Shown: positions 9,411-17,200 of the stretch, in pieces
How positions within the stretch are numbered: the first letter of the stretch is position 1
How the letters are laid out: each line of letters opens with the position of its first letter
NCBI GenBank assembly: GCA_963768655.1
Contig: CAVYIM010000007.1
Coordinates: forward strand, 237,201-301,200
Source: an uncultured Chloroflexia bacterium
GTDB lineage: Bacteria > Chloroflexota > Limnocylindria > Limnocylindrales > CSP1-4
Direction: 5' to 3'
Length of the DNA: 64,000 nt
The notes under the pieces: generated by a model
Told to the model about the DNA's origin: nothing
Database searches by the model: none
The model's input: only the letters and a program-made list of their open reading frames with translations
Made by a program: the position numbers and the translations under genes

Positions 9411-10180
9411 TCACCTCGACACCGGCCGCATAGGCGTGCCGCTGTAGTAGGGATCGCCCCACCAGTTGGCCTGGAAGGGCTCGCTTGAACTGACGTCTCT
9501 CGTAGCCGCCAATCCCTGAGGCATAGGCAAAAGCGGCGGAAAGCGTCCGGGATCCTGGAGTCCCACCGTTCGCGTAGCTCCAGAAGGCCTTCTCGAAACG
9601 CAAGACTGGAGCTGTCCCAGGTGTGATAGACGTAGCCGAGGTAGAACTCGTAGTCGGTGGCCTGCTTCGTCTTCTCTATCTGGAACGCGGCCGGCATCGT
9701 GCTGGAATTCGAGCCCAGCATGCAGGTCGACATGATGACGATGTTGTAGAACGAGCCCTGGGTGGCGGCCTTGATTGAGCTCGCCCTGATGATGTCCTTC
9801 GAGGAGTTGCACTTCCCCGCGCCGGGATCCTGGAGGAACCCGGAGTCGATGTTCGGTGCACCGCTCGCTGCCCAGTAGTTGTCGCCGTGGCTGTGGACGT
9901 ACACGGCCCAATCGTTGAGAACGTCGCCCAGGACGGCAGCGCGGGTGAACCCAGGTCCCAGGGCTCCCGCCACCGGGGCGAAGCCCAGCTTGCCGAGCTG
10001 CGTGACGGTCAGGCTGTAGAGCTGCTGTGGATAGGTGTCGTTCACACCCAGGCACCCGACCTTGAACGCGTCCGAGTTGGACCACACATGGGCGTCGTAG
10101 GTGGCGGCAGCCTGACCTGGCGCCGCGATCGTGGAGGCCGCGACGGCCATCGAAACGAGACACATGAATGCTCGTTTCAT
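9411..10180 (-). CDS. Secreted caspase/gingipain-fold (clan CD-like) cysteine protease, two apparent +1 indels
   Basis: Signal peptide; VYVHSHG and IVIMSTC dyad motifs; FYLGY; C-terminal WWGDP. Span is 770 nt (256 codons + 2); removing single bases near 9602 and 9499 gives one ~255-aa protein. Confidence 0.65.
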
Positions 10181-10388
10181 GAAATCTCCTCCCATTCCGG
10201 CGGGCGGATCGATTTGCCGGCGGCGGGTCGAGGCGGGCGGGAAGCTGAGCGGCTGGATGACAGGCCGGCGGAACACCTCCTTCGCGGGCGAGCGCGTCAC
10301 CGTCCAAGGGGCGATGTCCGGCCCTGGCGCCGGTGGGCCCGCCCCCTCGTGCACCCTTACCAGGGCAGGCCCAACGTGCGACGGCGGG

Positions 10389-10421
10389 ACTCTACCCTCG
10401 ACCGCTTATCAGCGGCTTATC
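10389..10421 (-). promoter_or_regulatory. Putative activator-dependent promoter with heptamer direct repeats
   Basis: -10 TAGAGT (10389-10394); GATAAGC twice with 11-bp period (10404-10410, 10415-10421) over the -35 position. Confidence 0.45.
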
Positions 10422-10465
10422 CGGTGATTTGCCCCGGCCGTCCACGGCCGCCCGCGGGCGCCGTC

Positions 10466-11872
10466 TCAGTCGCGCGGCCCAGCGCTCGCCGCACTGTCCC
10501 AGCGCGCCTTCCCAGTCCCATCGTGCGCCATCTTCTCGTAGCGAACAGGGCCGCCTCGGAGGGCGAGGTTCAGCAGCGCCCGCGGCACGACAGCGAGCCA
10601 GAGCGCGTTGAAGAGTGAAACTCGCAGGGCGCGCCGGGCGCGCTCTGCCCCACCCAGCGCCCCGCCGCCGGCCCCCGTCTCCCAGCGAAGAGCGTCCCAA
10701 CCAAGGCCCGCGCTGACACCGAGGTAGCCGCCCAGAAGCGCGACCAGCGACCGTCTGCGGCCCCGCACCACGCTCGCGGCTGCGGCGCCGGCGACGACGG
10801 TTGGCACGGCAAGCTGGCCGACGTAGGCGACGAAATCCAGCCGCGACCGGGCCGCCAGGCGCGCGCTGGAGATAACGGCCGGTCCGTGCTCGAAGGCGCG
10901 CCTGAAGCCTCCCTCCGCCCAGCGAAGGCGCTGTCGCCAGAGCCCTCTGATCGTCCGGACCGGCTCCTCCCAGACCTCCGCGTCGATCGCCCACGCGACT
11001 CGCTCGCCAGTGATCGAAGCCAGTCGACTGGAGAGGTCGATGTCCTCGGTCAGCGCCGTCGCGCTCCAGCCGCCCGCCGCTGCGAGCAACTCGCGCCTGA
11101 TCATGATCCCGTCGCCGCGGAACTCCGAGCAGCCGCCCATCGCCCAGCGACCTCGGTTCAGCTCGCCGTCCATGGTCTGTTCATCAGCCTGAGCGCCGGC
11201 CAGCCAGCCGGAGTCGGCGTCCAGAATGCGGCGCCTGGCGGTGACTGCGTTCGCGCCGGCCGCGAAGTAGCCCGCGGCTCGCCGCAAGAACCACGGTTCG
11301 ATCCTCGCGTCGGCATCGAGAACGAGGATCACCTGTCCGCGGCAGACGTCAGGCTGGGCGGCCGTCAGCGCGGCCCCTTTCCCGTCCGGGAGTCCGTCGC
11401 CGTCGCGCCGGATCACGCGCGTCACGCTCTCGATCCCGAACTGCCGAGCCGCGGCCACCACGACCTCGCCGCTGCCGTCGCGGGAACGATCGTCGACCAC
11501 GATCAGCTCGAACAGCGGCTCTCCTGCCGCCGAACGGTAGTTCTGGCCGGCCAGGTCGCGCACTATGCGCGGCAGCACTGTGGCTTCGTCGCGCGCTCCG
11601 ACCAGCACGGTAAAGGTGGGCGGGGACGCCAGCGTCTCGAAAGCCTCCGCGGCCGCTTCCGGGGGGATAGGTGGCCGCCGCGTCGCGATCGCCACGGGCA
11701 CCGCGCAGCCGATGGCCACGCCGGCAGTGCCGAGCGCGGCGAGCCTGCCAAGCCGATGCCCGCTCCCGACGTACCCGACGGCCGCTCCGCCTGCGAGGAT
11801 GCCCGCTGCCGCCACCCGCCAGGCGAGGGGCGTGGTGCGTGACTCCTTCGGCGCCGGCGCGCGGACGGTCAC
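10466..11872 (-). CDS. GT2 glycosyltransferase, MgdA-like (possible glucosyl-diacylglycerol synthase)
   Basis: DDRSRD, GKGAAL, DAD, TED and QRLRWAEGG motifs; GGCSEFRGDG resembles cyanobacterial MgdA as recalled; terminal TM segments. Confidence 0.85.
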   Translation of the reverse strand: MTVRAPAPKESRTTPLAWRVAAAGILAGGAAVGYVGSGHRLGRLAALGTAGVAIGCAVPVAIATRRPPIPPEAAAEAFETLASPPTFTVLVGARDEATVLPRIVRDLAGQNYRSAAGEPLFELIVVDDRSRDGSGEVVVAAARQFGIESVTRVIRRDGDGLPDGKGAALTAAQPDVCRGQVILVLDADARIEPWFLRRAAGYFAAGANAVTARRRILDADSGWLAGAQADEQTMDGELNRGRWAMGGCSEFRGDGIMIRRELLAAAGGWSATALTEDIDLSSRLASITGERVAWAIDAEVWEEPVRTIRGLWRQRLRWAEGGFRRAFEHGPAVISSARLAARSRLDFVAYVGQLAVPTVVAGAAAASVVRGRRRSLVALLGGYLGVSAGLGWDALRWETGAGGGALGGAERARRALRVSLFNALWLAVVPRALLNLALRGGPVRYEKMAHDGTGKARWDSAASAGPRD

Positions 11873-11897
11873 GCCGTCCGTCCCGCTGCGCGGCCTG

Positions 11898-13439
11898 TCA
11901 TCGCCGGACCTGGCTCCCGTCTCGGCCGGGCTCGGGAGCGATCAGATTCGTACCGCCGGCCATCTCCGGTGGCACGATCACCACGCTCACTGGATCTACC
12001 GGTGCCCCGGTTGGCGGAGTGCTGGCCCGGGCTTCCGCCTCGGCCGGCAGCAGCGCGCCTCGCCTAACGACGCTTGAGACCCCCCACAGGCACACGATGA
12101 TGGCCACGACCAGGATCACGCCCTCAGTGCCGACGAAGTCGGCCACAGGGGCGACGATGATGATCGGCGCAAGGCTGGCTATCGACACCAGCATGTTCAA
12201 GACGCCGAATACGCGACCCCGCACGTCTTCGGGCAGCTCTTCCTGAAGCTGCGTCTGCGACGCGATCGAGACGATCGAGAACGCGAAGCCGACCAGGAAG
12301 GCGATGACGACCACCAGAGACAGCACGGAGACGACGCGGCTGGACTCCGCGATCTGAGCCGCGACGTTGTCCTCGAGGAAGCGCGAAATGGGGCCGGCGA
12401 ACGACAGGATCGCCAGCAGGATGCCCATTGCGATCATTCCCGCTTCGATGGTCCGTCGCCGCGGCAGCCGGTGCCCATACGCGTTGAGGGCGATGATTCC
12501 GGCCACTACCCCGAGTCCAAGAGGTAGGACCACCACCACGAAGTCCTTGGTTCCGAGAGCCAGCGTGGTCGTCGCGAACTTAGGCCCGAGGACGCCCAGG
12601 ATGCCGATGAGCGCACCCGTGATGCCGAGGTAGGACAGCGACCACCCAACGGAACGGTGGTCGCGGATGTATGCCAGTCCCTCGGTCAGCTGCCCGAACA
12701 TCGTCTCGACGGCGCGCTCGGCGTCTGCCACGGCCTGCCCCTTGGTAGCCCTGTCTCCGCCCACGGGAGGCGCCGACGGCAGTGTCCAGCAGAAGGCGGC
12801 AGCCACGAAGTACAGGATGCCGACGATCACGATCAGCGCCTGCGGGCTGGCCACGGCTACCAGGAAGGGTCCGACGAGCGCGAACCCCAGGGCGAAAGCG
12901 GCGTTCATGGTGAGGGTGAAGAGTCCGTTGGCCGCGAGGAGCTGGCGACGCGGTACCAGGAACGGGATCATCGACGCCTCAGCCGGGCCGAAGAAGGTGG
13001 TCACCGTCGCCACGAAGATCATCAGCAGGTACAGCAGCGCGAGGTTGCTGTGGACGACGACGATCGCTAGGAATGCCAGCCCGCGGAGCACATTGGTGAC
13101 GAGCAGGATGTGGCGTTTGTCGACACGATCGACGAAGACGCCGGCGATTGCCGAGAAGACGATCGCCGGAACGAGGAAGCTCAGCAGCAGGGCGCCCACG
13201 GCCGTGGACGAGGCGGTCTGAGTGGTGATCAGGATCGTCAGACCGTAGATGACCATGTTGCCGCCGACCTGCGTCGACAGCTGGGCCAGCCACAGCAGCA
13301 GGAACGGCTCGTTGCGCAGGACTGCGAGGGCGCTCAATTCCTGCGCCGGTTCCACGTCCGCGGCGCGGCTTGCGGCAACTCTCGAGCGCGTGGCGGTCAC
13401 GACGCCCGCCTGCCGCGCGGCCCGGCCCGGCATGTTCAT
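11898..13439 (-). CDS. MFS transporter
   Basis: About 12 TM segments; motif A GVFVDRVDKR; ATG overlaps the upstream stop. Confidence 0.92.
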   Translation of the reverse strand: MNMPGRAARQAGVVTATRSRVAASRAADVEPAQELSALAVLRNEPFLLLWLAQLSTQVGGNMVIYGLTILITTQTASSTAVGALLLSFLVPAIVFSAIAGVFVDRVDKRHILLVTNVLRGLAFLAIVVVHSNLALLYLLMIFVATVTTFFGPAEASMIPFLVPRRQLLAANGLFTLTMNAAFALGFALVGPFLVAVASPQALIVIVGILYFVAAAFCWTLPSAPPVGGDRATKGQAVADAERAVETMFGQLTEGLAYIRDHRSVGWSLSYLGITGALIGILGVLGPKFATTTLALGTKDFVVVVLPLGLGVVAGIIALNAYGHRLPRRRTIEAGMIAMGILLAILSFAGPISRFLEDNVAAQIAESSRVVSVLSLVVVIAFLVGFAFSIVSIASQTQLQEELPEDVRGRVFGVLNMLVSIASLAPIIIVAPVADFVGTEGVILVVAIIVCLWGVSSVVRRGALLPAEAEARASTPPTGAPVDPVSVVIVPPEMAGGTNLIAPEPGRDGSQVRR

Positions 13440-13720
13440 CGCCGGCCCTCGCCGCCTGCCGGGGGCAGGTCGGCGTCCCGAGGAATCGGGGCCACGGCCC
13501 GACTCAAGGCCAGGTCGCCTCGGGCCACGAACCCGGTAGATCGCCGCTCGAGCGTGCGGCGATCGAGCAACACGTGCCGGCCGCAGCCCTGGCAGCGCAG
13601 ACCGATGTCGGCGCCGAGCCGGTCCACGAGCCAGTCGTGCCCGCCGCACGGGTGCGACCGACGCAACCGGACGATGTCCCCGAGTCTGAACTCGACGACA
13701 CCCTGGTCAGGAGACGGCAC
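13436..13720 (-). CDS. DUF951 family protein
   Basis: GDIVRLRRSHPCGGHDW...RLGADIGLRCQGCGRHVLLDR. Confidence 0.9.
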   Translation of the reverse strand: MPSPDQGVVEFRLGDIVRLRRSHPCGGHDWLVDRLGADIGLRCQGCGRHVLLDRRTLERRSTGFVARGDLALSRAVAPIPRDADLPPAGGEGRR

Positions 13721-13867
13721 TGTTGTCGACCTGTGCTGAGTGCAAGGACGCGGGTTCCATAATGGCCGCTCAGCCTATCAGAGCCGAAGGCGGCCGTGGC
13801 GGCGGATCGAACGACGACCTGGCGCACCGAGCCCGGCGACATCCGGACGGCCGCATCAGGGCGTCCT

Positions 13868-15232
13868 TCAAGGCGCCCCTCGCGACGAACGTCGGTGCGA
13901 AACGGCGACTGCTACCAGGATCAGGCCCACGAGAACGACCGCTGCGGCCGCAATCGCGTAGGCGGCGGCCGGGATGCCATGTTGCGAACCGGCGCCCGCG
14001 GCACCGGGGCTCGCGGGGGCGCCGGGCACCGACAGCGGCGTTCGAGCTGAAGTGAATCCGGCTGCCCCGGTCGTGGTCCAGTCGGACGGGACCGGGCCGG
14101 TTGGCTCCGGCTGCGGGCCGAATGAACTGACAGGTGTGGCGCCGTTGTCCTTCTGCCAGGCCTGGTCGAACGCCTCGGTGTCGATGCCGATGGCCGTCTT
14201 GAACGCGTCATCGTCCGACACGCCCGTGCCGTAGGTCTTGACGAGCCTGTCCAGGTCGGCCTGGCCGTAAGTCCGCATGAAGTAGTCCACTGCCGACACC
14301 AATTCGGCATAGGCCAGGTAGAACCCCTGCTGGCTCGTCGGGAACTCGCCCCGGAGGGCCGCGAGCGGCATCAGGCTGCCGTCGGAAGCAGCCTGGGCGA
14401 CCAGTTGCTTGTCCGAGCTGTCGTATCCCTGCGAAACGTATACGGCGATGCCCTCGTTGAGCCAGCGCGGAGGGTCGTGATAGGGGTTTCCGGTGATATC
14501 CGCGAACACCACGTGCGTCAGCTCGTGGGGCACAACCGTCGAGGCGTACGAGAGATCGCCGGGCGCGATCAGGGCGAAGAGCGTCCTCGTGTCCGGATTG
14601 GCCTCGCCACCCACGTTGTCCCGCGTGGCCGGACCCAGAGCGTCGTAGAAGGGCGTCTGGTCGGCGTAGACGTAGAAGTCGATGGGGGCGGTTTCGTCGT
14701 AGCCCAGGAAAGCGGACGCTTTGGCTATCCCGTCCTCGCCCATCTGCAATGCCTGCTGGGCGAACGTGTCGTCGCCTTCGTACCAATGAAGCCGGACGAT
14801 CGTCCCGACCTTGGTCTGCCAGTCGAACCTGTCGTCCTGGTAGTTGACTTGAACGTCGGGTCCGGTTTCGACCGTGCCGTCCGCCAGGACCACCTGGAAA
14901 TGGGCGGCTAGCTGCGTGTTCGGTTGCATCTCCCCGGACGAAGTGTCGAGTTCGTAGTCGAAGCTGCCCGTCCCCGGGCTCTCGAGCTTGATCACGGAAG
15001 GCCCGTAGTCGCCCGGATAGGTGATGACGATGTCGACCTCGCTGAAGGTTCCGCCGCCGGTATAGGGCTGAGTGAAGTCGATCCCCTTACCGAAAGTGGA
15101 CGTGGCAGTCGGCGTTCCGAACGTGATCGAAGCGCCGAGAACCGACGCCGCGCTGGCGCCGACCGCCGCCGGGGCAAGCACGGCCGCCATGAACGCGACG
15201 CGGACGAGCCTGTAGCGCAGTGACAGCTTCAT
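13868..15232 (-). CDS. Secreted, C-terminally anchored gluzincin (peptidase MA-like)
   Basis: Signal peptide; HELTH...PRWLNEGIA zinc motif; C-terminal TM with basic tail; ATG overlaps the OppA stop. Confidence 0.88.
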   Translation of the reverse strand: MKLSLRYRLVRVAFMAAVLAPAAVGASAASVLGASITFGTPTATSTFGKGIDFTQPYTGGGTFSEVDIVITYPGDYGPSVIKLESPGTGSFDYELDTSSGEMQPNTQLAAHFQVVLADGTVETGPDVQVNYQDDRFDWQTKVGTIVRLHWYEGDDTFAQQALQMGEDGIAKASAFLGYDETAPIDFYVYADQTPFYDALGPATRDNVGGEANPDTRTLFALIAPGDLSYASTVVPHELTHVVFADITGNPYHDPPRWLNEGIAVYVSQGYDSSDKQLVAQAASDGSLMPLAALRGEFPTSQQGFYLAYAELVSAVDYFMRTYGQADLDRLVKTYGTGVSDDDAFKTAIGIDTEAFDQAWQKDNGATPVSSFGPQPEPTGPVPSDWTTTGAAGFTSARTPLSVPGAPASPGAAGAGSQHGIPAAAYAIAAAAVVLVGLILVAVAVSHRRSSRGAP

Positions 15233-16899
15233 GAGCCGCTCGCCCAGGCCAGGCTGGCGTAGCGCATCAGGCCCTGGCCGTTCGTGACGGCCCCCAGAAG
15301 ACCCGCTTTCGCCAGCGAATAGCCCCCGTCGTAGTCGACCGGAATCACGGGCGCCTGGTCGAGCACGACCGCCTGTGCCCGATCCAGCGCTTGCTGCATC
15401 GATGCCTGATCGCCGGCGGCCAGCGCCTGGCTGATGGCGGTGTCGAAGTCGGTCGAGCTCCACCTCCCGTAGTTGTTCGGCTGCCCGGTCCCGAGGAGAA
15501 GTCCGAGGAAATCGTCGGCTCCGGGATAGTCCGCCTCCCAGTCCATCTCCCAGAAGGCCGGCGGGTCGTTCACGAGCTGCGCGTAGTAGGACTGGAAGTC
15601 GCGGGTTTCATAACCGATATCGATCCCCAAGTTGTCATGGAGCTGGCGCACGATGGCTTCGTCCAGCGGGGCGCCGGCGGTGACCAGCGTTATCTTCGGA
15701 AAGCCCACTCCGTTCGGGTACCCCGCCGTGGCGAGCTCGGCCTTCGCCTGATCGAGATTGAAGACCGGCCCAAAATCGGTGGCGCTATGCCCGGGAACGT
15801 CGGGCGGGACCATCCCCGTCGCCGGCTCCATCAGCGGGTCGGCTTGCAGGCCGACGATGCCTCGCCAGTCGATCCCCATCTGGAATGCTAGCCGGACATG
15901 GACATCCGAGAATGGCGGCCGCGACGTGTCGAAGCCGTAGAACTCGACGGAAGGCGACGGATCGACGTGCAGCAACGGCCCGAGCGTCTGGTCGTACGCG
16001 ATCCACGACGCGTCGTCATAGGTGATCGGCGTGTAATCGAGCTTGCCGCTCTCGAAATCGGAGACCGGGCTGTCGCCGCCTATGGAGATCAGCTGGTGGA
16101 CGGTTTCGATGGGAGGCGGACCGGCCCAGTAATGGCTGTTGGCGGTCAACGTTACCTCTGTGTCGGTCAGGCCGGAGAGGACGTATGCACCGCTGCCCAC
16201 GAAGCCGTCAGGCGTCAGCGCGTCCGGGTTGGAATCGATCGACGGCGGGACGACCGCCAGCGTCGGGCTGGCCGCTATCGCGGGGAATTCCGGCGAGGGG
16301 TTCGTGAAGTCGACCTCGACCTGGTCGTCGCCGATCGCAGACAGACCTACCGCCGACTTTGCCCCGCTGCCTTCACGGTACGCACAGGCCCCGACGACAT
16401 CATCGAGGAGCGAGGCGAGCTGGCTCGGCTGAGCAGGATCGAGGACCCGCATCCAGCTCGAGATCACGTTGGCCGCGACGAGGGGCGAGCCGTCCGAGAA
16501 CACCAACCCTGGTCGGAGGTCGAAGACGAGTTTCTTGCCGGCATTCGAGGTCTGCCAGCTGTCGGCAAGGGCAGGCTGGACGTGTCCGGCCGTATCGATC
16601 GCAGTCAGTGACTCGAAGAGTTGGGCCACGACCTGGGCGCTGCCCATGTCGGACTGAACCGCCGGGTCGAGCGAGGCAGGCTCGCTCCCGAAGATGGTGA
16701 CCGAGCCGGTCGAGGATCCAGAGGGCCCCAGACTGACCCCAGGGCTGACGCCTCGGCTGGCGCCGGGGCCGGGCCGGCCGGACCCCGTCAGGTAGGTCCC
16801 GCCGGCTATGGCCAGAACGAGCGCGAGCGCGACGCCGATCGCGACCAAGGCGGGGCGGCGCTGGCCGGAACGCGGGGGCGGGGCGGGCCAGGCATACAT
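15229..16899 (-). CDS. ABC transporter substrate-binding protein, family 5 (OppA-like), N-terminally anchored
   Basis: SLDPA...LFESLT...PALADSW...FDLRPGLVFSDGSP; PFSDVHVRLAF; WEADYPG. Start could be GTG 16914. Confidence 0.9.
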   Translation of the reverse strand: MYAWPAPPPRSGQRRPALVAIGVALALVLAIAGGTYLTGSGRPGPGASRGVSPGVSLGPSGSSTGSVTIFGSEPASLDPAVQSDMGSAQVVAQLFESLTAIDTAGHVQPALADSWQTSNAGKKLVFDLRPGLVFSDGSPLVAANVISSWMRVLDPAQPSQLASLLDDVVGACAYREGSGAKSAVGLSAIGDDQVEVDFTNPSPEFPAIAASPTLAVVPPSIDSNPDALTPDGFVGSGAYVLSGLTDTEVTLTANSHYWAGPPPIETVHQLISIGGDSPVSDFESGKLDYTPITYDDASWIAYDQTLGPLLHVDPSPSVEFYGFDTSRPPFSDVHVRLAFQMGIDWRGIVGLQADPLMEPATGMVPPDVPGHSATDFGPVFNLDQAKAELATAGYPNGVGFPKITLVTAGAPLDEAIVRQLHDNLGIDIGYETRDFQSYYAQLVNDPPAFWEMDWEADYPGADDFLGLLLGTGQPNNYGRWSSTDFDTAISQALAAGDQASMQQALDRAQAVVLDQAPVIPVDYDGGYSLAKAGLLGAVTNGQGLMRYASLAWASGS

Positions 16900-17057
16900 C
16901 AGCGAACGAGCCACCAGGCGAGGAAAGTGCCGTCACGGCCATCCACCTGGAGCGGCCTCTCGATGGGTACCGGCCGAGGGGGCGGGACCACGCGCCAGAC
17001 GTATCCCTGCCCGCAGAACCGGCCGATCAGGGCTGCGATACAAAGAAAGCGGCGCAT
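16899..17057 (-). CDS. Small 52-aa ORF, probably leaderless and coupled to the OppA gene
   Basis: MRRFLCIAALIGRFCGQGYVWRVVPPPRPVPIERPLQVDGRDGTFLAWWLVR*; TATACT 6 nt before the ATG; stop overlaps next ATG (TGATG). Confidence 0.45.
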   Translation of the reverse strand: MRRFLCIAALIGRFCGQGYVWRVVPPPRPVPIERPLQVDGRDGTFLAWWLVR

Positions 17058-17200
17058 CCCGGGAGTATATGCGGACACGCCTTTGTTGCCCTGCTGCTCC
17101 AGGCTTCCCGCGGCCGGCGTCTGGGAATGCGCGGGCGTCAGCTTCTACGCTGCCTTTGCTCGCCAATTCGAGCCGTCACGGCACCGCGGCGTTTCCTTCC

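Noticed and set aside
10200-10440. c-di-GMP-I riboswitch (GGCAAA occurs twice)
   Set aside because: No GNRA tetraloop/receptor or second conserved stem could be identified by eye.
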